A DNA stretch of 64,000 nucleotides from Candidatus Micrarchaeota archaeon (GTDB lineage Archaea; Micrarchaeota; Micrarchaeia; Anstonellales; Bilamarchaeaceae): NCBI GenBank assembly GCA_038046805.1, contig JBBSVO010000006.1:172976-236975 (forward strand), read 5' to 3'. Each line of letters begins with the position of its first letter. Within the stretch, counting starts at the first letter, position 1. A program made the position numbers and the translations under genes. Below the pieces are notes generated by a model. It was not told the DNA's origin. It worked only from the letters and a program-made list of their open reading frames with translations, and ran no database searches. Positions 9,369 to 19,126 of the stretch are shown one piece after another.

Positions 9369-9644
9369 ATGGAAGTTTTGATTTTGATAAATGAAAAAGG
9401 AACGCTCGAATTTGAAATGAAAGACAGTGATTCATCGCTTGGAAATCTTCTTGTTTCGAAACTTAATGATGAAAAAGGAGTGGAATTCGCTGGTTTTAAG
9501 GTAGAGCACCCATCTGAAAACAGGTGCAGCGTCATAGTTAAAACAAAGAAAGGTGACCCAGTCAAACTTGTAAATGAAAAACTTTCAGAAATTGAAGAAG
9601 AGCTCGAGTCATTCAAAAAGGATTTTAAGGCAGCAGTGAAATAA
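9369..9644 (+). CDS. rpoL: DNA-directed RNA polymerase subunit L (Rpo11)
   Basis: 91 aa. LEFEMKDSDSSLGNLL…VEFAGFKVEHP is the typical Rpo11 pattern. Confidence 0.8.
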   Translation: MEVLILINEKGTLEFEMKDSDSSLGNLLVSKLNDEKGVEFAGFKVEHPSENRCSVIVKTKKGDPVKLVNEKLSEIEEELESFKKDFKAAVK

Positions 9645-9680
9645 ATTAACCGTGAATATTATTCTCACTGTCGTGTTCCT

Positions 9681-10694
9681 ATGAAACTTAGCGATGCACT
9701 TCGTTCTCCAAAATATCAAGCGATAATACTGGTAGTCCTGCTCGCATTTTATCTTCTTTCTCCAAACGATTTTTTCAGGGTTATTTTCGGTATCTTAACT
9801 GCCCTTACATTTCTGGCAATGGTTGCACTTGAAATGAAATCTGGTGTTGATCAGCAGGGATGGAAAAACGAGATTAAGGATACTGCCGTGTTAATTATTG
9901 TGGTTTTGATCTTCTGGTTTGCAATCCAATTCCTATTGAATACGTCCTCTCCAATCTCTGCGGTTGTTACCTGTAGTATGCTTCCAAATCTCCAACGCGG
10001 AGATTTTGCAATCGTGCAGGGTGCGATTCCAAACGCGCATGAAATAGAATTAACGAAAGCGGAATTACAGCAATTGTTCGGAAAGAGCACACTCATTTTC
10101 AATGGTACAAATACGGAAGTTTTCGGTTCTGCATATTCGTATTGCCTTGGCGTTGGTTCCGGGACTCAGTTATGCGCCGCGTTTGTAAGCAGTCCGGAAT
10201 CCATCACTGAGGTCCGCGGACCATTGGAATTCAAATATTCAAAATGCAATCTTGACAAGAAGACCGCAAGTGGCGGAAACAACGGAAACAGCGGCAGCGC
10301 GATAATCCGATATGAAGAGCCGTGCGTGAGCGAAGTCATCCTTTCAGCGAGCGGCAAATCTTTCAAACCAAATTACAATAACGACGTCATAGTCTATCAG
10401 CCAGCGAAATACGAATATTATTCACTTAGCGGAGATATAATCCACCGAGCCTATTTCAAAATCAGGGTGCAGGAAACAGGAGAATTTTATTTCCTTTCAA
10501 AAGGAGACAATAATCCCGTGCTGGATATCCAGGTTTTTGATTATTATATCGGAATGGGCAATGAGCCTATCTCAAAACAGAAGCTAAAAGGAAAATTAAT
10601 TGCCAAGGTTCCGCTTCTCGGTTACTACAAGCTTCTTCTCTCAGGTTTTTTCACAGAACCGCCACAATGCGCAACGTTGTTGGAACAGAAGTAG
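9681..10694 (+). CDS. membrane protein with signal-peptidase-I (S26/Sec11)-like core
   Basis: N-terminal TM helices followed by CSMLPNLQRGDFAIVQG, resembling the SMxPTLxxGD catalytic-Ser motif. Carries a long C-terminal extension. Confidence 0.4.
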   Translation: MKLSDALRSPKYQAIILVVLLAFYLLSPNDFFRVIFGILTALTFLAMVALEMKSGVDQQGWKNEIKDTAVLIIVVLIFWFAIQFLLNTSSPISAVVTCSMLPNLQRGDFAIVQGAIPNAHEIELTKAELQQLFGKSTLIFNGTNTEVFGSAYSYCLGVGSGTQLCAAFVSSPESITEVRGPLEFKYSKCNLDKKTASGGNNGNSGSAIIRYEEPCVSEVILSASGKSFKPNYNNDVIVYQPAKYEYYSLSGDIIHRAYFKIRVQETGEFYFLSKGDNNPVLDIQVFDYYIGMGNEPISKQKLKGKLIAKVPLLGYYKLLLSGFFTEPPQCATLLEQK

Positions 10695-10712
10695 TGATTC
10701 AACTGCCTTGGG

Positions 10713-11522
10713 CTATGGGCCTTGAGCAATGAGCCCTGTGCTCTGGGCCACCTCATTTAGAATCAGCAACGTACCCACTATCGCGAGCAATGCCGCCATC
10801 ATTGTCCTTTGTTTTTTTTCGTCTATCCTGGCAGAGTGTCCGGCGCCAATCCATGCCCCGGTCATTGCACCAACCAGCACTACCCCCGCCACGCTGAGAT
10901 TTACATTCCCAAGCGCGTAATGCGTCATTGAGCTGGGTATTGCGTATATCGCAATCATCATCAGGGATGTGGGAACCGCTTTTTTGATTGAAATCCCCCG
11001 CATTTTCGTCAGAAGCGGGACAAGAAGTGCACCCCCGCCTATCCCGAAGAATCCAGATGCGAATCCTGCAGATGCACCGATCGCAGTTGTATTGATTATT
11101 TTTTTATTCAATTCTCCTTCTGCACTTTCTGTATCTCCCATCGTCTCGGTGTTTTTTTCTCTTTCCAAAAATGTCATTGCCGCAAGCACAAGGATAAGGA
11201 TTCCCAGAAGTGCCATAAGCCAGCTTCCGGCGATATACTGCGTGAGCATTGCGCCGATGATTGAGAACACAATGCCGGCAATCCCGCCAATCAGAGCGGT
11301 TTTGTATTTTATCAGCCCCTGTTTGGAAAACTGAAGCGCTCCGGCAATAGCGGTTGGTATCGTCAGTGTAATTGCAGTACCAACTGCCTCGGTTCCAGAG
11401 AACCCAAGGAGAATCCGGAAAACAGGTATTGCTACAATTGCCCCGCCTATTCCGAACAGCGATGCAAGAACGCCTATGAGAATTCCTGCAACGAATAGTA
11501 ATGCTATCAGCATGATTTCCAT
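10713..11522 (-). CDS. sulfite exporter TauE/SafE family membrane protein
   Basis: Two-repeat hydrophobic architecture with GIGGG motifs. Confidence 0.7.
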   Translation of the reverse strand: MEIMLIALLFVAGILIGVLASLFGIGGAIVAIPVFRILLGFSGTEAVGTAITLTIPTAIAGALQFSKQGLIKYKTALIGGIAGIVFSIIGAMLTQYIAGSWLMALLGILILVLAAMTFLEREKNTETMGDTESAEGELNKKIINTTAIGASAGFASGFFGIGGGALLVPLLTKMRGISIKKAVPTSLMMIAIYAIPSSMTHYALGNVNLSVAGVVLVGAMTGAWIGAGHSARIDEKKQRTMMAALLAIVGTLLILNEVAQSTGLIAQGP

Positions 11523-11536
11523 ATCAATGCGCCGGG

Positions 11537-12364
11537 TTATCCGTAATGGCTGTCTCCGAATTCAAGGGTTAAAATCTGTCTTAACCTATCTGTTAATTCG
11601 TCTTTCTCCTTTTTGGACAGTTTAAGCCCTTCCATTTTCTGGTCCCATTTGGCAAGTGCGGAAGCAATCCGTTGCAGTGTCTGCTCTCTTTCTGTGCAGG
11701 TTGCGTATTCAAGAAGTGATTTCAGCGCATAGGGCGAATTGCTTTCTCCAAGCGTATCTATTACGGCATTCTTCAGCATGTGCATAGATTCCGCTTCTAT
11801 AGAAGAGAAAAACGTGAAGTGGTATGTCAACAATTTTGCCGCGTCATCCCCCTCAAGTCTTCCAAGTAACTTTACTAACGCAATAAGTCCCTCTAGCGAG
11901 AAATTATAATTAAACATCGCTCTATATACGTTTATTCTGATCTGAGAAGGATCTGCAGTTGGTAATTTTCTTTTGAAATGTTCAAAATTGTGCATTGTTT
12001 TCATATCTGCAGCCTGCGAAAGGTTTTCATGAATCATGTAAAGTATCATCTGCTTTACTGTGTCGTCTTCCTTTGCATATGCTTCAATGATTCGGTTCTC
12101 TGCCTGAATCCTGGAATCCTCCCTTGTAGCAACAGGATAAAATCTGAATGCAAAAAATGCCTGTTCTATTTCCTTAACCAGTGCCGCCATGCGTTCATCT
12201 TTCTTCCGTTCCTCTTCGTTCTTTTCAGGTTGTGGGGGGGCTGGAGGCTGGGCCCGAGTTTGGACTGGTTGCTGCACAGGATTAAGATTCTCGTTTTTCT
12301 TTGCTTCCTTTATTCCGCTTGTTTCTTTTTTCTCATCAGGCATGGAAATCCCTTTAAACAGCAT
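11537..12364 (-). CDS. hypothetical protein (Pro/Gln-rich N-terminus)
   Basis: ORF only. Confidence 0.35.
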   Translation of the reverse strand: MLFKGISMPDEKKETSGIKEAKKNENLNPVQQPVQTRAQPPAPPQPEKNEEERKKDERMAALVKEIEQAFFAFRFYPVATREDSRIQAENRIIEAYAKEDDTVKQMILYMIHENLSQAADMKTMHNFEHFKRKLPTADPSQIRINVYRAMFNYNFSLEGLIALVKLLGRLEGDDAAKLLTYHFTFFSSIEAESMHMLKNAVIDTLGESNSPYALKSLLEYATCTEREQTLQRIASALAKWDQKMEGLKLSKKEKDELTDRLRQILTLEFGDSHYG

Positions 12365-12406
12365 ATTTGTTAATCAATTTGTTATGTATTATCTGCAGGT
12401 GGTTTT

Positions 12407-12976
12407 TTGAACATACTACATGAGTTATATTTCGCCACGAGCAATGAACATAAATTCAGCGAGGCAAAACCTATTCTCGCCGCATCAGACATAACTATAA
12501 TCCATTTTCCTTTTACTCATAATGAAATCCGCTCGGATAGCCTTGAAGATATCGCATCGGAGGCAGCCATTACGGCCCATTCCAAACTAAAAAAACCTGT
12601 TTTTGTTGAAGATACTGGTCTTTTCATCAATGCGTTGAATGGTTTTCCTGGAACCTACTCTGCCTGGGTCCAGAAGAAAATAGGAAACGAGGGTATTCTC
12701 AGGCTTCTCTCAGATATGCCAGCACCAGAGCGTTCCGCATCATTTAAGACTGCCATTGCGTACGTGGATAAAAGCGGAAAAACAAAAACATTCATAGGCG
12801 AGTGCGCAGGGTCTATTTCGCTAAAAACACGCGGAAAAGGTGGCTTTGGGTATGATTCCATCTTTATTCCGAATGATTATACTGTTACATTTGCCGAAAA
12901 CGTAAGTTTAAAAAACAACCTCTCTCATAGATATAAATCCTTACGGCTTTTTGCTGATTATTTGACATCCATGTGA
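12407..12976 (+). CDS. non-canonical purine NTP pyrophosphatase (Ham1/RdgB, ITPase)
   Basis: FATSNEHKFSEA…FVEDTGL…PGTYSA motifs. Confidence 0.8.
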   Translation: MNILHELYFATSNEHKFSEAKPILAASDITIIHFPFTHNEIRSDSLEDIASEAAITAHSKLKKPVFVEDTGLFINALNGFPGTYSAWVQKKIGNEGILRLLSDMPAPERSASFKTAIAYVDKSGKTKTFIGECAGSISLKTRGKGGFGYDSIFIPNDYTVTFAENVSLKNNLSHRYKSLRLFADYLTSM

Positions 12977-13028
12977 ATAGCTGTATCAATTGTTAGATTA
13001 ACAAAATTTATTTAGGTGAATTAATACA

Positions 13029-13048
13029 TTGAACGGCGTTCCGTTCAA
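13029..13048. promoter_or_regulatory. inverted repeat TTGAACGG-CGTT-CCGTTCAA between a TATA-like box and the S15 start
   Basis: 8-bp perfect arms with a 4-nt spacer. The same arms recur at 45098..45117. Confidence 0.4.
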
Positions 13049-13088
13049 AAATAAAAATTTCGATAAAGGTTCTTAAGGTGAAATTTTT

Positions 13089-13544
13089 ATGGCACGATTA
13101 CATTCAAAGAAGAAAGGAAAGGCAGGTACGAAGATGCCTAAGCAGAAGTCTGCACCAGAATGGGTATCTGTTTCTAAAGCAGATTTAACTACGATGGTTG
13201 TAAAGATGGCTAAGGAAGGAGTTCCTGCGTCGAAGATAGGTCTTGCATTGCGCGACCTGAAAGGCGTACCGAGCATTCGGGCGGTTACAGGAAAGCGCAT
13301 GTGCGAATTGCTTAAAGACGAGGGTGCTTCCCCCGAATATCCAGAAGATCTTATTGCTCTTATTAAAAAGGCAGTGAAAATACGCACACATCTAAAGGAT
13401 TCAACCGCTGATACGCACAACGCGGTCAAGCTTTCTCACATTGAGTCCAAGATAAACCGTCTTGTAAAATATTATGCTCGCACAGGCAGAATTCCGAAGA
13501 ACTGGAGATACTCTCCGGAAAAAGCGGCTTTGCTGGTTAAATAA
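13089..13544 (+). CDS. rps15: 30S ribosomal protein S15P/S13e
   Basis: MARLHSKKKGKAGTK N-terminus and length. Confidence 0.85.
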   Translation: MARLHSKKKGKAGTKMPKQKSAPEWVSVSKADLTTMVVKMAKEGVPASKIGLALRDLKGVPSIRAVTGKRMCELLKDEGASPEYPEDLIALIKKAVKIRTHLKDSTADTHNAVKLSHIESKINRLVKYYARTGRIPKNWRYSPEKAALLVK

Positions 13545-13568
13545 TACTTCTAAATGCAGGTAGATTTG

Positions 13569-14159
13569 ATGGCTGATAAAAAATCCAAAGTAGTTGATAA
13601 ATGGAAGACAAAGGTATGGTACTCTGTCCTTGCTCCAGAAATGTTTGAAGGAAAAGAGATAGCAGAGGTTGTAGCATCTGATGAAAAGCTTCTTCAGAAC
13701 AGGATTGTAAAATGCAGTCTTATGGAAATGATCGGTTCGGGCAGCCAAAATGCGATGTTTACCTCTTTGAGTTTCAGAGTTTGTGATGTAAAGGGAAAGA
13801 ATGCACACACAAAATTAATTGGCCATGAGATATCTCCTTCATATATCCGCACACTTGCAAGAAGGGGAAAAACACTTATCCACCTTGCTCTTCCTGTCAA
13901 GACAAAGGATGACGGTGCTATTAATATTAAACTGGTTGCAGTCACAGGCGCACGTGTGAGTGCAAATACGAAAAAGAACCTGCTCAATACGATGACGGAA
14001 GAAGTGCAAAAAGCCGCAGAGGAATTAAGCTATGACCAGCTTATGCAGGATGTTCTTTACGGAAGACTCGCATCCAAGATTTTCAACAAACTGAAGCAAA
14101 TCACATTCATGAAACGCGTTGAAGTGCGCAAGAGCGAGAAGAAAGAAGAATTTAAGTAA
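13569..14159 (+). CDS. rps3ae: 30S ribosomal protein S3Ae (S1e)
   Basis: KWKTKVWYSVLAPEMF motif. Confidence 0.85.
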   Translation: MADKKSKVVDKWKTKVWYSVLAPEMFEGKEIAEVVASDEKLLQNRIVKCSLMEMIGSGSQNAMFTSLSFRVCDVKGKNAHTKLIGHEISPSYIRTLARRGKTLIHLALPVKTKDDGAINIKLVAVTGARVSANTKKNLLNTMTEEVQKAAEELSYDQLMQDVLYGRLASKIFNKLKQITFMKRVEVRKSEKKEEFK

Positions 14160-14174
14160 TTCTCGGCTGATTTT

Positions 14175-14501
14175 ATGCTTCCAAACATGGATCCAAAGCA
14201 GATGGAGCGCATGATGAAGCAGATGGGGATAAATTCAAGACAGATCCCTGCATCCCGCGTTGTTATTGAAACTGATTCTGAGAATCTTATTATTGAAAAT
14301 CCACAAATTACGGAAATTTCAATGCAAGGCCAGAAATCTTATCAAATCGCCGGAACAATCCGTTCGGAATCCCTCATCAGCGAGGAAGACATCAGGATGG
14401 TTATGGATCAGGCGGGTGTAGACAAGGAAAAGGCCGTGGAATCCCTGAAAAAGCACAAGGGAGACATCGCTGCGGCGATAATGGAATTGAAATCAGAATA
14501 A
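14175..14501 (+). CDS. nac: nascent polypeptide-associated complex protein (NAC alpha)
   Basis: PKQMERMMKQMGI… with a UBA-like C-terminus. Confidence 0.8.
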   Translation: MLPNMDPKQMERMMKQMGINSRQIPASRVVIETDSENLIIENPQITEISMQGQKSYQIAGTIRSESLISEEDIRMVMDQAGVDKEKAVESLKKHKGDIAAAIMELKSE

Positions 14502-14569
14502 CCAAGTTAACTAAAGTAGTTTAGTATAATTTAATTTATTCTCAGGATTAACTATCAGGATGTGTTCTT

Positions 14570-14992
14570 ATGTTGGCTATGGCTATTGCTCGAAAACCTT
14601 TTTTTGATAGTTTAAATCCTTTCAAACGCGGTCCGAGCCGATCGACCGTTAAAGACTGGTTGCTAAGCGGAGATCATACTGCTCTTTGTGAAAACACTGT
14701 TTTGTATCGCGGTGCTGTTCTTTCTGCCGCAACCAATCTCGTTTCAACATTAGGTGGTGAACCAATGCGCGTCAGGGATAGAGCTGCGAAATTCCTTTTA
14801 ACAACAGCAAGAAGCGGCGAGGATCTTTCAGAAGTTGCCGATATTCTAGCTCCAATTGTCCGGAGAGAACTTGATGCTGACATTCGTTCAACCATCATCT
14901 TAGCGTTAAGAACGAGTTTTAATGCCGATCCAGTTTCAAGGGAGAAAATTCTACGAGCAGTGCCTGACCTAAGAACGCTTCAACTGGACTAA
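14570..14992 (+). CDS. hypothetical protein
   Basis: ORF only. Confidence 0.3.
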   Translation: MLAMAIARKPFFDSLNPFKRGPSRSTVKDWLLSGDHTALCENTVLYRGAVLSAATNLVSTLGGEPMRVRDRAAKFLLTTARSGEDLSEVADILAPIVRRELDADIRSTIILALRTSFNADPVSREKILRAVPDLRTLQLD

Positions 14993-15042
14993 ATCCTCTT
15001 AAATGCCAATCAATAAAAATCTTAACCGCCAATATCTGACAT

Positions 15043-15657
15043 ATGAAAAAAGAGCTCATTCTCATTGCATTTCTTATAATCATTGCGGTTTTCCTTGTGA
15101 GTGTGAGCAATTTTTACAAAAAGAACATTGAAATTGCAGATGCAAAGAAATTCGTGATGGATGACCTGGCATCGAAGTATCCTGGTGCATCCATGTCGAT
15201 CCTCAGCGTGACTAATAGAACAAATACAGCTGGGGACAAATATTTCGAGATAAAGGCAAAAGCGACCCAGGGCGATTCCACACCCTGTCCTGAACGTGTG
15301 CACATCTACTATAATTATCCAGCGCAGAATTTCGTAACCCAGCCACCAGATTATGTTACATTGAACTGCAAGGTTTGTTCAGGAGTAGAGAACAAGAAAT
15401 GCGTTATTGCATTCTCTGAAGAAGCCATAATTGCGTCTCATACAATGTCTGGTACGGCTGAGGTGGAAGCGTATATAAAGAGTTATAAAGATGTTCTTCC
15501 ACTAACCTCAGAGGATGATAGCGGGTGGCTAGTCGTATGGGATTCTCCGTTCGCTTCATATTCTTATACAGTATCGGTTTCAAGAAGTGGTTCCATCTTA
15601 GGAATTGCAAAAAAAGAGAAAAGCAATAATCTTGAAAAAAACACAACTGGTGATTAA
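15043..15657 (+). CDS. membrane-anchored hypothetical protein
   Basis: N-terminal TM/signal anchor. Confidence 0.35.
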   Translation: MKKELILIAFLIIIAVFLVSVSNFYKKNIEIADAKKFVMDDLASKYPGASMSILSVTNRTNTAGDKYFEIKAKATQGDSTPCPERVHIYYNYPAQNFVTQPPDYVTLNCKVCSGVENKKCVIAFSEEAIIASHTMSGTAEVEAYIKSYKDVLPLTSEDDSGWLVVWDSPFASYSYTVSVSRSGSILGIAKKEKSNNLEKNTTGD

Positions 15658-15853
15658 CAATGAGCTGGAAACAATCAAAAGTCTCTATGCCTATGGCATC
15701 CGCAGGTATTCTTGGAGTTTCTTCTGATGAGAGGATGGCAGGAATAGAGGTTGATCCCAAAACCGTGGTAATCGGAAGCCTGCTTATAGTAGGGATTATA
15801 AAGTTAGTCTCATTCCTGTTCAAAGCTTAACATGACCGCATAGATGCGGGCTG

Positions 15854-16393
15854 GTGATTTCATTGTCTGTTGAAACCGTTCTTGGTAGCATTGCTTTGGC
15901 TTTTTTCAAATTATTGATAGGCCTTGTTCTGGCAATAGGATCAATTTATCTTGGAACAAATCTTCTTGATCGTCTAACCAGGGATGTTGATGAGTGGAAG
16001 GAGATAAAGCGTGGGAACTTTGCCATAGGTATTCTTTTCGGCGGGGTTATTCTTTCAATTGCTATCATAATAGAAAATGGGGTTTCTGCCGCTCTTTCCG
16101 CGATTGTGCCTGGAATGAGTTTTCCAAGTTTAATCGTCTCATTGTTTGTGTCAGTACTCAAACTTCTCGTAGGAGTTCTTGCAGCGGTTTTCTCAGTTTA
16201 CATGGCGCTTCGCGTGATCGATTCCATAACCCATGATATCGATGAATTAAGCGAACTGAAAAAGGGAAATGTAGCAATGGCTATTGTAATGGCCGCAGTG
16301 ATGATTGCAGTATCCTTTGTCATAAAGAGTTCAGTGGATATTGTCATGGCTGCAACTGATTTTAGTATTATCTCGGATTTTTTCGGAGTGTGA
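15854..16393 (+). CDS. DUF350-family membrane protein (two repeats)
   Basis: Duplicated GNFAIGILFGGVIL / GNVAMAIVMAAVMI hydrophobic modules. Confidence 0.5.
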   Translation: MISLSVETVLGSIALAFFKLLIGLVLAIGSIYLGTNLLDRLTRDVDEWKEIKRGNFAIGILFGGVILSIAIIIENGVSAALSAIVPGMSFPSLIVSLFVSVLKLLVGVLAAVFSVYMALRVIDSITHDIDELSELKKGNVAMAIVMAAVMIAVSFVIKSSVDIVMAATDFSIISDFFGV

Positions 16394-16425
16394 CTTTTTA
16401 AATTCAATTTTGTATAATTATAGTT

Positions 16426-17091
16426 ATGCATGTTTCCGCATGGTATGATAAGGCTGCAGTAAAATACGCGACTTTCAGGAGACCTCAAAAGGAATTTGAG
16501 GCAATCGATCATTTTCTTTCACCCAGCCAAAGGCGCATTCTAGATGCCGGGTGCGGTCATGGAGACGTATCTCGTTATATGGCATCCAAAGGAAAAGCAG
16601 TCACTGCAATTGATGTGTCTACAGAGTTAATCCGTATCGCAGGTTCAATGCGGGCTAAAGGCTGTTCGTTTCAGGTTGCGGACATGCAACAGTTTCAACC
16701 CGATGCCGGCACCCTGTTTGATGGCGCGGTTTTTCTCTATTCCCTTATCCACAATACAAAAGATGAAACAGTCTCCATTTTGCGGCGCACTTCGCAATTT
16801 CTCAATCCCACCTATTCATCTCTTTTTGTAGTCCTTCATAACATTAATCTTTATTCGGGTTGCGTAACCAGGGTGGTTGTACCATCCCAATTTTCCGACG
16901 ATCAGGTTGAACTTTACCTGTGGCCAATGAAAGAGATTTACCAGGTGTTTTTTGATTTGGGTATGCGCAGCATCGAAATATCTGTTCGTCAGCCGGAGAG
17001 TAACGAGCTTCCGTTTCCACGTATTTATGTCGTAGGACATAACATCCAAGGGGTTCCATTGAATTATTTCGTAACTATAAAACCATTGTAA
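16426..17091 (+). CDS. class I SAM-dependent methyltransferase
   Basis: LDAGCGHGDVS…VTAIDVS motif I/II. Confidence 0.6.
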   Translation: MHVSAWYDKAAVKYATFRRPQKEFEAIDHFLSPSQRRILDAGCGHGDVSRYMASKGKAVTAIDVSTELIRIAGSMRAKGCSFQVADMQQFQPDAGTLFDGAVFLYSLIHNTKDETVSILRRTSQFLNPTYSSLFVVLHNINLYSGCVTRVVVPSQFSDDQVELYLWPMKEIYQVFFDLGMRSIEISVRQPESNELPFPRIYVVGHNIQGVPLNYFVTIKPL

Positions 17092-17230
17092 ACTATTCAT
17101 CGTCTCGCAAACTACGAAGTTGTTTTTTTTGACTTCGGATATTATGGATGGTCACCTCATATTAGTGGTTTGCTATAATGTGGCCTCTCTTTTTATTCTT
17201 TGTTTTTCATTATATCCCCAGTTGATTAGC

Positions 17231-18700
17231 ATGCAAATTGACAAACACTCCAAGTTCTCAGAATGGTATAATACGATTACAAAGGATGCCGAGCTGTGCG
17301 ACCTCAGATATAATCTTAAGGGCTTTATTGTTTTCATGCCATGGGCGGTCATGAGCATGAAGCGTATGTATTCCATTTACGAGCGCGAACTCGAAGCACA
17401 CGGGCACGTTCCTGCATTGTTTCCAGCACTTATCCCCGAGAGCAATTTTAAGGGGGAAAAGGAGCATGTTGAAGGATTTATTCCGGAAGTGTTTTGGGTT
17501 ACCGAAGCAGGCAGGGAAAAACTTGAGGAAAGATATGCGATGAGGCCGACAAGTGAAACTGCCATGTACCCGATGTATTCTCTCTGGATTCAGGGTTTGA
17601 AAGATTTGCCTCTCAAAATCTATCAGAGCTGTCAGGTGTGGAGACACGAAACCAAAGCCACAAGACCATTCATTCGTTCGCGTGAGTTCTGGTGGATCGA
17701 AGCACATGATGTTTTTGCTACTGAACAAGAAGCATTTGCACAGGTTAAAGAAGATATGGAAACTGCAGAGAAGATCATTCACGGTGTGTTCGGAGTCCCA
17801 TTTCTATTCTTCAAACGGCCGCAATGGGATAAGTTCGCAGGAGCAGATGATACTTATGCAGCAGACTGCATAATGCCGGATGGCCGTGCCCTTCAGTTGC
17901 CTTCAACACATATGCTTGGTCAGCATTTTTCAAAGGCTTTTGGCGTAAAATATATGGATGCTGAGGGGAAGGAACAGTATGGATGGCAGACGTGTTACGG
18001 TCCATGCATTTCAAGAATTTATGCTGCAGTAATCTCAGTTCACGGGGATGATAAAGGTCTTATTCTTCCGTTTGAACTTGCCCCAGTCCAGGTCGTAATC
18101 GTTCCGATTTACAAGGGTGAAAACAAAAAAATCGTTGATTCCGAGTGCGGAAAAATTGAAAAAATATTGCGGGAAAGCGGAATAAAAGTGAAGTTCGACA
18201 ATTCCGAGAACACGCCTGGCTTCAAGTTCAATCATTGGGAAATGAAAGGGGTTCCGCTTCGTGTTGATATAGGTGAGCGGGACATTTCAAACAAAAGCGT
18301 AGTTGTAGTGCGTCGCGATAACCGTGAAAAATCATTCGTGAAAGTTGCGGAACTTATTGAAAAAATAAACAAATCTGCAAAAGATGTTTCAAATTCCATC
18401 AGGGAAAAAGCCGATCAATGGTTCAAAGGCAAGGTCAATTCTGCAACAACTATGAAAGAGCTATCAAATATCCTCGAAACAACTGGTGGATTTGTACGTG
18501 TTCCGTTCTGCACTGATGAAATGGAAGGAGAAAAATGTGCGGATAAGATAAAGGAGGAAACCCATGCGAACATGCGCGGTTCTCTTTTTGAAGGAAGAGA
18601 AATCGGAAAAGAAGGAAAAGAAAAGCCAAAAGAATCCGAGAAATGCATCGCGTGCGGGAAAAAGGCGAAAATCTATTTGTATGCGGCGAGACAATACTAA
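17231..18700 (+). CDS. proS: proline--tRNA ligase (archaeal/eukaryotic type)
   Basis: Class II motifs (FRSREFWWIEAH) and FSEWYN start region. ORF 17120 carries a likely spurious N-terminal extension. Confidence 0.85.
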   Translation: MQIDKHSKFSEWYNTITKDAELCDLRYNLKGFIVFMPWAVMSMKRMYSIYERELEAHGHVPALFPALIPESNFKGEKEHVEGFIPEVFWVTEAGREKLEERYAMRPTSETAMYPMYSLWIQGLKDLPLKIYQSCQVWRHETKATRPFIRSREFWWIEAHDVFATEQEAFAQVKEDMETAEKIIHGVFGVPFLFFKRPQWDKFAGADDTYAADCIMPDGRALQLPSTHMLGQHFSKAFGVKYMDAEGKEQYGWQTCYGPCISRIYAAVISVHGDDKGLILPFELAPVQVVIVPIYKGENKKIVDSECGKIEKILRESGIKVKFDNSENTPGFKFNHWEMKGVPLRVDIGERDISNKSVVVVRRDNREKSFVKVAELIEKINKSAKDVSNSIREKADQWFKGKVNSATTMKELSNILETTGGFVRVPFCTDEMEGEKCADKIKEETHANMRGSLFEGREIGKEGKEKPKESEKCIACGKKAKIYLYAARQY

Positions 18701-18737
18701 TTTTTATTTTGTTGTGCCGCAATAACCTCTTTACATT

Positions 18738-18870
18738 AGCCCCGTCGTCTAGAGTGTCCCGTGTCTTGAGTCCAGCGTCCAGAATACGGAACGTTAAACG
18801 GGAGACAGACTTTGGTCAAGGATAGTGGACTTTGGATCCATTGACACCGGTTCGAATCCGGCCGGGGCTA
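18738..18870 (+). tRNA. tRNA-Gln(UUG) with ~59-nt D-loop intron
   Basis: 7-bp acceptor AGCCCCG/CGGGGCT, T-arm ACCGG-TTCGAAT-CCGGC, anticodon arm GTGGA-CTTTGGA-TCCAT. An extra ~59 nt lies between D-stem halves GTCT…GGAT. Confidence 0.55.
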
Positions 18871-18912
18871 TATAATTTTTTTCAGTTTCCGGTCTCGGGT
18901 CTCGAGTTCCGG

Positions 18913-19005
18913 TTATATTTTTGGGCCCGTGGTCGATACGTTTGCAAAAACGCGACAGCGGTAAGACGCTACTCTCACACAGTAGAGACACGGGGTTCAA
19001 TTCCT
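18913..19005 (+). tRNA. tRNA-Val(CAC) with short D-loop intron
   Basis: Acceptor GGGCCCG/CGGGCCC+A, T-arm CGGGG-TTCAATT-CCTCG, anticodon arm CTACT-CTCACAC-AGTAG. ~18 extra nt sit in the D region. Confidence 0.5.
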
Positions 19006-19126
19006 CGCGGGCCCAATTTTTCCTTTGTATTGCGTTTAGTGTCTTTGGTTTTAACTCTTGAAAAATTGGGAAGAAGTAAAATTTCAGCAGAAATTTTATA
19101 ACAGCTCATTTTTCTATTTATCTGCT

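Noticed and set aside
10729-11334. Plus-strand ORFs antisense to the TauE/SafE gene
   Set aside because: Shadow ORFs. The membrane-protein frame is clearly coding.
17120-17230. N-terminal 37-aa extension of the proS ORF
   Set aside because: The ProRS family start (…FSEWYN…) aligns with the internal ATG at 17231. The extension is hydrophobic junk.
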